Positions 47,528 to 58,289 of a stretch of 64,000 nucleotides of DNA are shown in pieces. The notes under the pieces were generated by a model. It had not been told where the DNA came from. It did no database searches and worked only from the letters and a program-made list of their open reading frames with translations. Numbering within the stretch: the stretch's first letter is position 1; every line of letters begins with the position of its first letter. Location of the stretch: the NCBI GenBank assembly GCA_965215185.1, contig OZ244034.1:512001-576000 (forward strand), given 5' to 3'. This stretch comes from Acidimicrobiia bacterium. Its GTDB lineage: Bacteria > Actinomycetota > Acidimicrobiia > Spongiisociales > ZC4RG35. Both the position numbers and the translations under genes were made by a program.

Positions 47528-48811
47528 TCACTCAGGACGTTCTCCGAGCTTTCGTTCGGTCTTTCCCACAAACACCTGCCGAGGCCGGAAAATACGGCTC
47601 TTGGGGTCCGAAGCCATCTCCCTCCAGTGGGACAGCCAACCCGGCAGTCGCCCTATCGCGAAGAGCACGGTGAACATGTCGGTGGGAAAACCCAGCGCCC
47701 GGTAGAGGAATCCCGAATAGAAATCAACGTTGGGGAAGAGCCGCCGCTTGACAAAATACTGATCGGCCAGCGCCCCTGACTCCAGTTCTTTGGCCAGTTG
47801 CAGGAGGGGATCGTCCGTGCCCATACCGGATAACACATTTGCGGCAGCTTCCTTGATGATCTTGGCTCTCGGGTCGTAGTTGCGGTACACGCGATGGCCA
47901 AAGCCCATCAACCTGAACGGATCGGAGCGGTCTTTGGCTCGACGCAAAGCCAGCCCGATATCTCCACCCTCGGCCTCTATTTGTTCCAGCATCCCCAGAA
48001 CCCTCTGGTTGGCTCCACCATGAAGTGGTCCGGAGAGGGCGTTGATCCCCGCGGCGACAGATGCGAAAATGCTCGCTCGGCCGGATCCCACCAGTTGCAC
48101 GGCCGAAGATGAGCAGTTCTGGCCGTGGTCGCCGTGGATAAGCTCCAGCATTTCCAGGACTGCCAACTTTTCAGGGTCGGGAGGAGGGTCAGACTTGGAA
48201 ACGGCAAAGGCCGTGTGATAGAACCGGGAAGTGTATGGGAGGTCGATTCTGATGCGGATCGGCGGCAATCCCAGGCACCGGCGGTTGATGAGCGCAGCCA
48301 GCATGGGTACCCCGGCCAAGAGGATGCGAATCGCTCCTTCCCACGTCTCCGGCCGGGTGGATTGAGCTTCCCCGTGATGGCGGCCGCCCATGGCGAGGAC
48401 ACCCGCTGCCAGAGCGGTCATCGGATCGGTATTGGTCGGGAGGGCATCGAGAAAAGAATCCATGTAAGGCTGGACATCGGCATAAGCACGAATCTCTTCC
48501 TCGAAACGGTCGAGGTCCTCCGGGGAGGGAAGATCCCCGTAGAGAAGCAGCCAGGCGACGTCCAAAAAGCCCACCCGTCCAGCTAGTTCTTCGATCGGGT
48601 ATCCCCTGTAACTCAAGGTTCCCTGCTCACCATTCACATAGCTAATGGAACTGGGATTTTGGGAAGTGTTAGCAAACCCCCGATCTACCGTGATCAATCC
48701 CATGTCCGCCCTCAGTCTGGAGATGTCTATCCCCCAGTCGCCCACGGTCGGCTCCACAAGCGGGAGAACCAACTCGCGGCCTTCAAATAGGATTCGCGCC
48801 TGCTTGTCCAT
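47528..48811 (-). CDS. gltA: Citrate synthase
   Basis: GPLHGGAN, LMGFGHRVY, PNVDFYSG. Confidence 0.93.
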   Translation of the reverse strand: MDKQARILFEGRELVLPLVEPTVGDWGIDISRLRADMGLITVDRGFANTSQNPSSISYVNGEQGTLSYRGYPIEELAGRVGFLDVAWLLLYGDLPSPEDLDRFEEEIRAYADVQPYMDSFLDALPTNTDPMTALAAGVLAMGGRHHGEAQSTRPETWEGAIRILLAGVPMLAALINRRCLGLPPIRIRIDLPYTSRFYHTAFAVSKSDPPPDPEKLAVLEMLELIHGDHGQNCSSSAVQLVGSGRASIFASVAAGINALSGPLHGGANQRVLGMLEQIEAEGGDIGLALRRAKDRSDPFRLMGFGHRVYRNYDPRAKIIKEAAANVLSGMGTDDPLLQLAKELESGALADQYFVKRRLFPNVDFYSGFLYRALGFPTDMFTVLFAIGRLPGWLSHWREMASDPKSRIFRPRQVFVGKTERKLGERPE

Positions 48812-48814
48812 CTT

Positions 48815-50866
48815 CTAGCTGTCCTCTTGCCGGGCAGCGCTTATCACTTTTTGTGCTTCCTGGTGAGGGACTTCCGCATAGTGGTCGAAGGACACTTCAA
48901 AAGTACCGCGTCCGCTGGTCATCGAGCGCAGATCGACGGCGTACCGTTGGATTTCGGCCATTGGAACCTCGGCGGAAATGACCCGCAGTGATCCGTCGGT
49001 ATCCATGCCGTACACGCGTCCTCTTTTGGCATTTATGTCCCCGATTACGTCTCCGGTGTACTCTTCCGGCACCTTTACGGAAAGTCGGGTGATCGGCTCC
49101 AGAAGAATAGGCTGAAGGTCAGGGCCAGCAGTTCGCACGGCGGAGATGCCAGTCATGCGGAAAGACAATTCGTCGGAGTCCACGGAATGGTACTTACCGT
49201 CGTAAACCTCAGCGGACACGTCGATAACCGGGAAACCTGCCAGAATTCCACGGGCGAATGCTTCTTGGACTCCCTTGTCTACCGCCGATATGTACTGGCG
49301 AGGTATGGAGCCTCCCTTGATGGAGTCGATGAACTCATAGCCCTCTCCCTGTGGTTTGGGGGCAAACCGCACGAAAGCTACGCCATACTGTCCCCGTCCT
49401 CCGGTCTGCTTCTTGTGTTTCCCTTCTGCTGCGGCCCGGCCTTTGATGGTCTCCCGATAAGCGATCTTGGGAAGGGCCGTGTCCACTTCCACCCCGTATT
49501 TACGTTTGATGCGGGCCAAAGTTACGTCCAGGTGGACGTCTCCTAAACCAGCCAGAATGGTCTGCCCGGTTTCGGGCCGACGCTCCACCGCCAGAGTCGG
49601 GTCTTCCTCGACTGCTCGCTGCAGCGCGGTGGAGAGTTTTTCTTCGTCCTGGGTGGAATGTGGGAAGATTGCCAGTTCCATGACCGGCCTGGGGTAGACC
49701 ACCGGGAGCACCACTGCGGTTTCCCCTGGGGAACGGAGAGTGGAACCGGTGGTGGCCTTGTCGACCTTGGCCACGGCTGCCACGTCTCCACAGAGAACCT
49801 GATTGGTTGTGACGGGATTGCGGCCTTGGAGGTAGAACAAGTTGCTGATTCGTATCGTCGAACCGTCTGCCAACTCCAAGTGGTCGTCGGTCTTGAAAGA
49901 CCCTCTGAACAGCCTCAAAATGGAAATGCGGCCCACGTAGGGGTCGCCGATGGTTTTGAAGACATACGCCACGGCGCCGCCATCCGCCGCTATTTCCAAG
50001 CCGCCCTCCGAAAGCGGAGGGGCGGGACGCTCCAAAGGTGTCGGAGCGAAGACCTTGAGAAAGTCGGCAAGGACGTCAATGCCTATCAATTGAGTGGACG
50101 AACCGGCCAACACCGGGAAAATCTCCCCGGCCACCATGGCTTCTCTGAGCACCGATACGATCACTTTCTGATCGGGTTCCTCTCCTTCGAAGTAAGCATC
50201 CATCAGATCGTCATCGGTTTCCACGACCGACTCAACCAACTCGGTGTGGGCCTGCTCCAATAAGGACGCCACTTCGGGGGGCGCCTCGGGGGAAACCTTT
50301 CCGCGAGGATTGCCATCTTCGTAGAGCTCTGCCTGGCCGGAACTGACTCTGGCTACCCCTCGAAGATTGGATTCCTCTCCGATGTTTATCACCAAGGGGG
50401 CGATCCGGGTCCCGAACGCCTGCCGTAGTTCACCGAGAGTGCGACTCAGAGATGAGCGGTCCCGGTCGAGCTTGGTGACGAATATCGCCCTGGGAGTTCC
50501 TTCCTCGGCGGCCCTTTTCCACATCAATTCGGTCTGCACCTCCACGCCGTCCACTCCTGAAACCACGAACAGCGCCAAGTCTGCCACCCGGATGGCGGAG
50601 CGGGCGTCGCCTGAGAAATCTGCGTATCCCGGGGTGTCGATCAGGTTTATCTTGCAGCCGTCCCACTCGAAAGATGCCACGGACAGGTTTAAGGATTGTT
50701 TTCGTTCCTCCTCCTCCGCCTCGTGGTCCAGCAAGGTGGTTCCCCTGTCCACCGAGCCCAGGCGGGTAGTGACTCCCGCGGTGTACAAGAGGGCCTCAGC
50801 CAGGGAAGTCTTGCCGCTTCCGCCGTGGCCAATCAGGGCAATAGTGCGAATCGAATCGGGTGACAA
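48815..50866 (-). CDS. Elongation factor G-like protein (EF-G2)
   Basis: GHGGSGKT, DTPGYADF, TKLD, KKQTGGRGQY; lacks the canonical RGITI/DTPGH. Confidence 0.92.
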   Translation of the reverse strand: MSPDSIRTIALIGHGGSGKTSLAEALLYTAGVTTRLGSVDRGTTLLDHEAEEEERKQSLNLSVASFEWDGCKINLIDTPGYADFSGDARSAIRVADLALFVVSGVDGVEVQTELMWKRAAEEGTPRAIFVTKLDRDRSSLSRTLGELRQAFGTRIAPLVINIGEESNLRGVARVSSGQAELYEDGNPRGKVSPEAPPEVASLLEQAHTELVESVVETDDDLMDAYFEGEEPDQKVIVSVLREAMVAGEIFPVLAGSSTQLIGIDVLADFLKVFAPTPLERPAPPLSEGGLEIAADGGAVAYVFKTIGDPYVGRISILRLFRGSFKTDDHLELADGSTIRISNLFYLQGRNPVTTNQVLCGDVAAVAKVDKATTGSTLRSPGETAVVLPVVYPRPVMELAIFPHSTQDEEKLSTALQRAVEEDPTLAVERRPETGQTILAGLGDVHLDVTLARIKRKYGVEVDTALPKIAYRETIKGRAAAEGKHKKQTGGRGQYGVAFVRFAPKPQGEGYEFIDSIKGGSIPRQYISAVDKGVQEAFARGILAGFPVIDVSAEVYDGKYHSVDSDELSFRMTGISAVRTAGPDLQPILLEPITRLSVKVPEEYTGDVIGDINAKRGRVYGMDTDGSLRVISAEVPMAEIQRYAVDLRSMTSGRGTFEVSFDHYAEVPHQEAQKVISAARQEDS

Positions 50867-51343
50867 ACGGTTTCCTCCGAGTTTTTAACAGGTGTTTTCA
50901 GGATAGCGGAATCAATAGTGTTCAACTCTTTCCGCGGTTCGCGGTTGGGCAGCCCAGGTCCGTGCATTCGCCGCATGGCGCCCCTCCCAGATCCAACGTG
51001 CCCTCTCTCGTGTAGCCCCATGTTCAGTAGCGGCGTACATTGAGTCTCATGCCACAGACTGGGTGGGGTGCGGCGCCAGCCAAGGTTTCGGTGGGCGGTC
51101 GGAAGGCTGAGAATGTGTCATGCCATCTAGAAAGAAGCAGCCCATTCAACCGATTCTGTGTGAAGAGTCGTCTAACTCTTTGAAGGAGAACAGCGTCACG
51201 ATGGCCCAGTGCCATCGTGAATCCACTTTAATCCCCGCGCAACTCTATTTGGGCGGACAGCCTAAATTCAGTGGTGTGAACAAACCTTGTTTGGTTGAAG
51301 CGAACGATGCTTGTGTTTCGGAGATTGCTAGTGTGGTGAAACC

Positions 51344-51916
51344 GTGATCGATATTTGGGTCCGCCCTCGTGTAAGAATGGTGCTAGATCCGATTGGCCGG
51401 TTTTTGCACCGTCGGCGGATCAGTCCTGCCGCCCTCACCTTTTTCGGTTTGGGGGTCACCATTGTGGGGGCAGTGGTGATTTCACTGGAATTCCTGATCA
51501 CGGGGTCGCTGATCGCTCTGGCGGGGTCGGCTCTCGACGGTCTGGACGGGACCTTGGCCCGGGCGGCGGACAAGGTGACCAAGAGGGGCGCCTTCTTGGA
51601 CGCTTCGGTGGATCGGCTGGGAGAGGTGGCATGCTTCTCCGGGCTGGCGGTGGCCCGCGCCGGAGAACCGCGGATGCTGATGTTGATCGTGCTTTCGGTG
51701 AGTGGCGCTCTGATGATCCCCTATTTGCGGGCCCGAGCAGAGGCGGAGGGACTCAAAGGTACCGGTGGCTTCATTGGTCGGGCGGAGAGGGTGATCCTCT
51801 TTGGCTTGGGATTGCTCACGGGTTGGGTCGAGCCGATGTTGTGGGCGATGACGGTCTTATGTTGGATATCGGCTCTTCATAGGTTCGCGGTTGCATATAG
51901 AGAACTGAAACGGTGA
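51344..51916 (+). CDS. pgsA: Phosphatidylinositol phosphate synthase (CDP-alcohol phosphatidyltransferase)
   Basis: DGLDGTLAR…GAFLDASVDR; context with patA and pimA. Confidence 0.88.
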   Translation: MIDIWVRPRVRMVLDPIGRFLHRRRISPAALTFFGLGVTIVGAVVISLEFLITGSLIALAGSALDGLDGTLARAADKVTKRGAFLDASVDRLGEVACFSGLAVARAGEPRMLMLIVLSVSGALMIPYLRARAEAEGLKGTGGFIGRAERVILFGLGLLTGWVEPMLWAMTVLCWISALHRFAVAYRELKR

Positions 51917-52791
51917 AAGCCCGTCTTACCTACTGGGGTGTGAGAGCGGCGTCGGGTTTTATGCACATGTGGCCGTTGACGGTTGCGCAAAAGGTTGGCT
52001 CCGCTGCCGGGTTGTTGGCCTATCTTTTGCTTCCCGGTCGCCGGCGGATGGCAGGGCGCCATGTCCAACGCACCGGGCTGGACGTCACTGTGGGTAGCCG
52101 CGCCGGGGCGGTGAGGAGGGTGTTCGCCAGCTACGGGCGTTATTGGGGGGAGGTGCTGTGGGCGGGACCTACAAATGTGCGGAGAGTGGTTGACCGCTTT
52201 GACGTGGAGAGATTGGACTTGCTGGCCGACGTTATCGACGAGGGCCGAGGGGTGGTGGTGGTTTTGCCCCACCTAGGCAATTGGGAAATGGCCGGGGTGG
52301 CGGTGTGGGATCTGAATGTGGAGGTGGTGGCTGTCGCCGAGAATCTGCCCAACTCCTACATCAGAGACTGGTTCGCGAGGGTCAGAGGGTTATCGGGGAT
52401 AAAGGTGGTTTTCGCCCGCAAGGGTGTTATCAATGAGTTGGAGGAGATGTTGAAGACCCGGACCGCGGTCTGCCTCCCCGCCGACCGGGATCTAAGCGGC
52501 AGGGGCATCCCTGTTCGTTTTTTCGGTGAGGAGACCACTGTCCCTGCCGGCCCCCTGCTGCTGGGGATTCGCTCCGGCCGGCCGGTTGTTCCGGTGGCGG
52601 TCTACAGTGAGAAAAAGGGTCGTTACCGGGTTGTCCTAAAGCCGCCACTGCTGATTCCCCAGGAGGGGAGTCTTTCCAAAAGGCTTCGCTGCGGGGCGCA
52701 ATTGATGGCCGATGTCTTCGAGGAGTTGATTCGCGCAGCTCCCGAGCAGTGGCATCTTCTCCAGCCCAACTGGCCTTCCGATCGGGCTTGA
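51913..52791 (+). CDS. PIM acyltransferase PatA-like
   Basis: SYGRYW, PHLGNWEM, ADRDL, PEQWHLLQPNW. Confidence 0.88.
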   Translation: MKARLTYWGVRAASGFMHMWPLTVAQKVGSAAGLLAYLLLPGRRRMAGRHVQRTGLDVTVGSRAGAVRRVFASYGRYWGEVLWAGPTNVRRVVDRFDVERLDLLADVIDEGRGVVVVLPHLGNWEMAGVAVWDLNVEVVAVAENLPNSYIRDWFARVRGLSGIKVVFARKGVINELEEMLKTRTAVCLPADRDLSGRGIPVRFFGEETTVPAGPLLLGIRSGRPVVPVAVYSEKKGRYRVVLKPPLLIPQEGSLSKRLRCGAQLMADVFEELIRAAPEQWHLLQPNWPSDRA

Positions 52792-52801
52792 AACTGCTCA
52801 G

Positions 52802-53845
52802 ATGAGGGTCTGCCTGGTTTCCCCTTACGATATGACCGCGGAGGGGGGAGTTCAAGCGCAGGTGCGGGGACTGGCCTCGTGGTTGAGGGGGGAAGGTGAC
52901 GAGGTTCAGATGATCGCCCCGGCCTTGCCCATTGGCCATCCGGGTGCGGCGGTGGGAGGAGTGACACGCATACGGGCTAACCGGTCGGTGGCGCCTATCT
53001 CTTTGTCGCCGATGGTGGGTGCCCGCATAAGGGGGACCATCCGTTGGGCAGATGTCATACATGTCCATGAGCCATTGATGCCCAGGTTGGGAGTGGCGGC
53101 TTTGCGTTCGCCGGGTCCCAAGGTGGTCACCTTCCACGCTGATCCACCGGGTTGGGTCAGGACCATGTACCGTGGTTTGCGCCCCTGGGTGCGATCCTTG
53201 TCCGATTCCCGGACCATGGTCACCGCCGTGAGCAACCAGGCGGCAGAGGCTCTGCCGGCCGGATGGGAACCCGAACGGATAATCCCCAACGGGGTGGAGA
53301 TGAAGGTCTGGACCCAGGACGTGGAGCGCCGCAGGGGCAGGGTGGTTTTCCTGGGTCGGGATGAACCACGCAAGGGCCTGAGTGTGTTATTAAAGGCTTG
53401 GCCCCGTATCAGGGCGCGTTTTGCTCATGCGCAACTCGTGGTGATGGGCACCGAATGCTCGGATTCACTGCGGGAAATCACCTTTTTGGGCAGGGTTAGT
53501 GAGGAAGTGAAAGAACGAACTCTCAGATCGGCAGAGATCTACGTTGCGCCCCACCTGGGTGGGGAGAGCTTTGGCATAGTGCTAGTGGAAGCGATGACCG
53601 CAGGTTGCGCGGTGATCGCCTCCGACCTTCGGTCTTTTCGGGATGTGGCAGGTTCGGCGGCGAGGTTCTTTGAGAAGGGAAGTGTTGAGGGGCTGGTGGA
53701 TCAAATCTCGCTGGTGTTGGCTGACCCTTCGCTGTCAGAACGGCTGTCGGCGTCTGGAACCAGGAGGGCTGATAGGTTTTCTTGGGACAAGGTGGGACCG
53801 GCCTATCGGGAGTGCTATGAGCAGGTAATGCGACAGATCGGTTGA
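52802..53845 (+). CDS. pimA: GT4 phosphatidylinositol mannosyltransferase
   Basis: SPYD…GGVQAQV, HVHEP, DEPRKG, GGESFGIVLVEAM. Confidence 0.88.
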   Translation: MRVCLVSPYDMTAEGGVQAQVRGLASWLRGEGDEVQMIAPALPIGHPGAAVGGVTRIRANRSVAPISLSPMVGARIRGTIRWADVIHVHEPLMPRLGVAALRSPGPKVVTFHADPPGWVRTMYRGLRPWVRSLSDSRTMVTAVSNQAAEALPAGWEPERIIPNGVEMKVWTQDVERRRGRVVFLGRDEPRKGLSVLLKAWPRIRARFAHAQLVVMGTECSDSLREITFLGRVSEEVKERTLRSAEIYVAPHLGGESFGIVLVEAMTAGCAVIASDLRSFRDVAGSAARFFEKGSVEGLVDQISLVLADPSLSERLSASGTRRADRFSWDKVGPAYRECYEQVMRQIG

Positions 53846-53913
53846 ATCTCGGGTTCGATTGAGCGGCTCTTTTTGTGGACGGGGCCGGGCGTTACGTTGG
53901 TACGATTAGGGCG

Positions 53914-54813
53914 ATGGAGCAGAGCAACGGTATGAAGACCGGCACCGAACTGGTCAAGCGGGGCCTCGCAGACATGCTCAAAGGCGGAGTGATCATGGAT
54001 GTGGTCACCGCCGATCAGGCACGCATTGCAGAGGAAGCCGGAGCTGTAGCGGTGATGGCCTTGGAGCGAGTCCCGTCCGATATCCGCAAGGATGGCGGGG
54101 TTGCTCGGATGGCTAACCCCGGCAAAGTGACCGAGATAATGAAGGCGGTGACCATTCCCGTAATGGCCAAGTGCCGGATCGGCCACTTTCTGGAAGCCAG
54201 AGTCCTGGAATCTCTGGGGGTGGACTACATCGATGAATCTGAGGTACTTACTCCCGCCGACGAGGAGTACCACGTTGACAAGTGGCCGTTCACTACCCCG
54301 TTCGTATGCGGGGCACGCGATTTGGGGGAGGGACTGCGACGACTTGCGGAGGGAGCGGCCATGATCCGCACTAAAGGTGAGGCCGGCACCGGCAATGTGG
54401 TGGAGGCGGTGCGTCACATTCGGGCCATCAACAGCCAGATCGAGGCTTTGAGAGACCTATCCGACGAGCAGATGGCTCAACAGGCTCAAGCAATGAGGGT
54501 CTCCACCGATCTGGTGAAGGAAGTGGCTGAGTTGGGGCATCTGCCGGTGGTCAACTTCGCGGCGGGCGGCATCGCCACCCCGGCCGACACGGCCCTGATG
54601 ATGGCGCTTGGTTGTGATGGAGTGTTCGTGGGCAGCGGCATCTTCAAGAGCTCCGACCCGGCCGCCTACGCCGCCGCCATTGTGGAGGCGACCACTTTTT
54701 GGGACCGTCCTGAGGTGGTGGCCGAGGCCTCGAGGGGCCTGGGAGCGCCCATGGCGGGCATCGAGATAGGAACACTGGAACCAGCGGAGCGTTTGGCCTC
54801 CCGGGGCTGGTGA
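53914..54813 (+). CDS. pdxS: PLP synthase lyase subunit
   Basis: [22 protein letters not shown]. Confidence 0.97.
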   Translation: MEQSNGMKTGTELVKRGLADMLKGGVIMDVVTADQARIAEEAGAVAVMALERVPSDIRKDGGVARMANPGKVTEIMKAVTIPVMAKCRIGHFLEARVLESLGVDYIDESEVLTPADEEYHVDKWPFTTPFVCGARDLGEGLRRLAEGAAMIRTKGEAGTGNVVEAVRHIRAINSQIEALRDLSDEQMAQQAQAMRVSTDLVKEVAELGHLPVVNFAAGGIATPADTALMMALGCDGVFVGSGIFKSSDPAAYAAAIVEATTFWDRPEVVAEASRGLGAPMAGIEIGTLEPAERLASRGW

Positions 54814-55388
54814 ACATGCCGCCCACCATCGGGGTGTTGGCTCTCCAGGGCGACGTGCGGGAGCACCGGTGGTCTCTTGAAAGTCTTGGTGCCGCTTGCC
54901 GAGCAGTAAGACTCCCCGAAGATCTGGAGGGGCTGGACGGTTTGGTGATCCCCGGTGGTGAGTCCACCACTATGGGTCGTCTCGCTGAGCGGTTTGGAAT
55001 GCTGCGGCCCCTGCGCGCCGCCCTGGTCGAGGGTCTTCCCACTCTGGCCACCTGTGCAGGGATGATCCTGGTGGCGTCATCGATCGTTGAGGGAGCCCAG
55101 CCACTGCTGGGAGTGCTGGATGTGGTGGTGCGTCGCAACGCCTTTGGAAGGCAGAACGAGTCGTTCGAGATGGATTTGGATGTCAAGGGTCTGGACAGGC
55201 CATTCCACGGAGTGTTCATCCGGGCTCCGTGGGTGGAGAAAGTCGGTGGTGATGTCGAGGTCTTGGCCCAGGTGGGGAACCGGCCGGTCATGGTGCGCTC
55301 CGGCAATCTGATGGCCGCCTCCTTTCACCCGGAGTTGACTGAGGACTCCCGAATCCACCGTTTGTGGTTGGAGGGGGAAACAGAGTAG
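54810..55388 (+). CDS. pdxT: PLP synthase glutaminase subunit
   Basis: GVLALQG, PGGEST, TCAG, FHPEL. Confidence 0.97.
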   Translation: MNMPPTIGVLALQGDVREHRWSLESLGAACRAVRLPEDLEGLDGLVIPGGESTTMGRLAERFGMLRPLRAALVEGLPTLATCAGMILVASSIVEGAQPLLGVLDVVVRRNAFGRQNESFEMDLDVKGLDRPFHGVFIRAPWVEKVGGDVEVLAQVGNRPVMVRSGNLMAASFHPELTEDSRIHRLWLEGETE

Positions 55389-55391
55389 ACC

Positions 55392-56132
55392 ATGGCGGGA
55401 CACTCCAAGTGGGCCAACATCAAGCACCGCAAAGGTCGTCGGGATGCCGTCCGTGGGCAGTTGTTCGCAAAACTGGCGCGGGCCATCGAATCCGAGGCGC
55501 GCAAAGGTGGGGGGGATCCCGAGGCCAACTATTCGCTGGCCGCGGCGGTGGCCAAGGCCAAGGCGGCTTCCATGCCCAACGACAACATCACGCGAGCCAT
55601 CAAACGAGGTACCGGCGAATCTGGCGGGGTGTCCTACGAGGAACTGTGGTACGAGGGATATGCGCCGGGGGGTGTGGCGGTGTACGTGCAGGTATTGACC
55701 GATAACCGCAGGCGGGCCGCTTCTGATGTAAGGACAGCTTTTACCCGCAACGGAGGGAGTCTGGGAGAGCCTGGATCGGTTGGCTATCTGTTCCAGCCCA
55801 AGGGCTTGATCACCGCCTCCGGCGACGAGGACGAGGTCCTGTTGACGGCGCTGGAAGCGGGCGCCGACGACATGCGGGAAGCGGGCGACTCTTGGGAGGT
55901 GATCACCTCACCCGAGGCCATGGCCGGGGTGCGGGACGCTTTGGAGGAGTCAGGTTTGGCGGTGGAGTCGGCCGAAGTGACGCAACTGCCCATGTCCGAA
56001 GTGGCAGTGGACCAGCGCACCGCCCCGCGGGTACTGCGGTTGGTGGATGCTCTGGAAGACTTGGATGATGTGCAGAGCGTTTTCTCCAACTTCGAGATCA
56101 ACGATGAGGTGATGGCGGCCTTGGCGGACTAG
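55392..56132 (+). CDS. yebC: YebC/PmpR family protein
   Basis: MAGHSKWANIKHRKG. Confidence 0.96.
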   Translation: MAGHSKWANIKHRKGRRDAVRGQLFAKLARAIESEARKGGGDPEANYSLAAAVAKAKAASMPNDNITRAIKRGTGESGGVSYEELWYEGYAPGGVAVYVQVLTDNRRRAASDVRTAFTRNGGSLGEPGSVGYLFQPKGLITASGDEDEVLLTALEAGADDMREAGDSWEVITSPEAMAGVRDALEESGLAVESAEVTQLPMSEVAVDQRTAPRVLRLVDALEDLDDVQSVFSNFEINDEVMAALAD

Positions 56133-56207
56133 CCATGGGGTGATGTGGAAGGGGCGGGGACCTGAAAGGCCAGGATGAGAGTTCTTCCTTCTTTACACTT
56201 TCTCTAG

Positions 56208-56690
56208 GTGTTGGTATTGGGAGTAGATCCTGGATTGGCCCGCACCGGTTATGCGGTGGTAAGCCGAGGCAGCCCCCATCGGGTGATTGTGATGGGAGTG
56301 ATTAACACACCGGTGAAGTGGCCGACCGAAAACCGTCTGCACGAACTGTCCAACGATATTTCGCAAGTGATCAGTCGGTTCCGGCCGGGCGCTCTGGCTT
56401 TGGAGAAGGTCTACATCAAGGGAAACCGCTCAGCCGCATCGGCGGTGGAGAGAGCCACCGGAGTGGTTATGCTGACCGCCGCCGAGGCTGGGATGCCGGT
56501 TCGCGAATACACCCCCAGCACCATCAAGAAGATCGTGACCGGAGACGGAGCGGCCACCAAGGAGGCTGTCAAGAGGTCGTTGCGAAAGACGCTCAGCCTA
56601 TCCGAGGAAGGTTTGCCGTATGATGCTTTCGATGCAGTGGCGGTGGCGATTTGCCATCTCCAGCACCTGCATCTGGAACTGGTGTTGTGA
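56208..56690 (+). CDS. ruvC: Holliday junction resolvase
   Basis: GVDPG, DAFDAVAVAICH. Confidence 0.93.
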   Translation: MLVLGVDPGLARTGYAVVSRGSPHRVIVMGVINTPVKWPTENRLHELSNDISQVISRFRPGALALEKVYIKGNRSAASAVERATGVVMLTAAEAGMPVREYTPSTIKKIVTGDGAATKEAVKRSLRKTLSLSEEGLPYDAFDAVAVAICHLQHLHLELVL

Positions 56691-57256
56691 TAGGCTCTTT
56701 GAGGGGAACGCTCATAGAGAGGAGCCCGGAGGGGATCATCGTTGATGTGGGAGGTGTGGGATACGAGGTCATGATGGCGCCATCGGCGGTGGACAGTCTT
56801 CCTACGAACCGGGGGGAGATACTGATCAGCACCCATCTGCAGGTATGGAGTGAAGGCATGAGGCTCTACGGATTCGTCCATTCCGAGGAACGCGATCTGT
56901 TCCGGTTGCTGATCTCCGCCCAGGGGGTGGGGCCGAAAGTGGGCTTGGCGATTCTGTCCACTCTGGGGTCACAATCGGTACGAGAGGCGGTGCGTCAAGA
57001 GGACGTGAACACCCTTGTCAGGGTGAACGGGGTTGGGAAAAAGACCGCTCAAAGGTTGATTCTGGATATGAAAGGGAAGCTGGAAGCCTCGGAAGCCAAC
57101 GTGATAAAGGGCGCCGCTCGCTCCTCCGATCTGTGGGCGGCCCTGTCAGGTTTGGGCTATCGCAGCCACGAGATCCGCCAGGTAGCGGCTATGGTCGATC
57201 CCGGCGCCCCTATTGAGGAGCAAATACGTTCGGCGCTTCGGGAACTGGCGAAGTGA
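56687..57256 (+). CDS. ruvA: Holliday junction helicase subunit A
   Basis: DVGGVGYEV, GVGPK, GVGKKTAQR. Confidence 0.95.
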   Translation: MIGSLRGTLIERSPEGIIVDVGGVGYEVMMAPSAVDSLPTNRGEILISTHLQVWSEGMRLYGFVHSEERDLFRLLISAQGVGPKVGLAILSTLGSQSVREAVRQEDVNTLVRVNGVGKKTAQRLILDMKGKLEASEANVIKGAARSSDLWAALSGLGYRSHEIRQVAAMVDPGAPIEEQIRSALRELAK

Positions 57257-58275
57257 GGGAGGAGCGGGTGGTGGCCCAGCAGCCGACCACGGATGAATCC
57301 GCACTGGAAACCTCGCTACGGCCCCGTTTTCTTGGGGAATTCATCGGACAACCACTCCTGCAGGAGAGGTTGCTGATTTCTATCGAGGCGGCCGCCAAGA
57401 TGGGGGTTCCCATGGGGCACGTGCTCTTCTCGGGACCTCCGGGGCTGGGCAAAACCTCGATGGCGAGCGTGATCGCCAATGAGTTGGGGGTGAGAATGCG
57501 AAGAACCTCCGGTCCTGCCCTGGACCGACCCGGAGACCTGGCTTCCATTCTCTCCGGCCTGGAAAAAGGGGAGGTCTTTTTTGTGGATGAGCTTCACCGA
57601 CTGTCTCGGATGGTGGAGGAAGTTCTCTATCCGGCGATGGAGGACTTCGAGTTGGACATCGTCGTGGGAAGGGGTGTGGGGGCAACCACCTATCGGCTAA
57701 ACCTGGAGCCCTTTACTTTGGTGGGCGCCACCACCCGTCTGGGTATGATCTCTTCCCCGCTGCGTGATCGATTCCAGATCATCGAGCGGTTCGACTATTA
57801 CACCACTGAAGAGCTGCGACGGATAGTGGTCCGCTCGGCAGGGATTCTGGGAGTGAAGATCAGCGGCGCCGGGGCGGAGACCATCGCCGCGCGCAGTCGA
57901 GGCACCGCCCGGGTGGGCAACCGGCTCTTGGCCCGGGTGCGGGACTATGCCATTGCCCGCGCCGATGGCTCGGTGACAGCTGAGGTGGCTCGCCAAGCGC
58001 TCTCCCTGTTGGAGGTGGACGAGTTGGGTCTGGACAAGGTGGATCGGGCCATCCTGGAATCGGTGGTGCACAAGTTCGGGGGTGGTCCGGTGGGTCTAGG
58101 CACTCTGGCTATTTCGGTTGGAGAGGAACCGGATACCGTGGAGGAGGCGTATGAGCCCTATCTACTTCAGGCGGGACTGTTGCAGAGAACTCCGCGGGGA
58201 AGGATGGCCACCGAAGGAACCTATCTGCATCTGGGGTTACCGCCTCCGTCCGACCCTCAGCTTCGATTGGTCTGA
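57253..58275 (+). CDS. ruvB: Holliday junction helicase subunit B
   Basis: GPPGLGKT, YPAMED, GATTR, RTPRGR. Confidence 0.97.
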   Translation: MREERVVAQQPTTDESALETSLRPRFLGEFIGQPLLQERLLISIEAAAKMGVPMGHVLFSGPPGLGKTSMASVIANELGVRMRRTSGPALDRPGDLASILSGLEKGEVFFVDELHRLSRMVEEVLYPAMEDFELDIVVGRGVGATTYRLNLEPFTLVGATTRLGMISSPLRDRFQIIERFDYYTTEELRRIVVRSAGILGVKISGAGAETIAARSRGTARVGNRLLARVRDYAIARADGSVTAEVARQALSLLEVDELGLDKVDRAILESVVHKFGGGPVGLGTLAISVGEEPDTVEEAYEPYLLQAGLLQRTPRGRMATEGTYLHLGLPPPSDPQLRLV

Positions 58276-58289
58276 CTTTCTCACCGCCA

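Noticed and set aside
48815-50866. EF-G-like gene interrupting the thrS-pgsA-pimA cluster as a novel insertion
   Set aside because: As I recall, an EF-G2 gene divergent from pgsA also occurs in other Actinomycetota such as Streptomyces, so it is probably ancestral.
50870-51340. SRP RNA or other ncRNA in the intergenic region (GAAAGAAGCAGCC; hairpin CACGATGGC…GCCATCGTG)
   Set aside because: Lacks the SRP CAGG/GNRA domain IV geometry, and no known ncRNA fold can be supported by eye.
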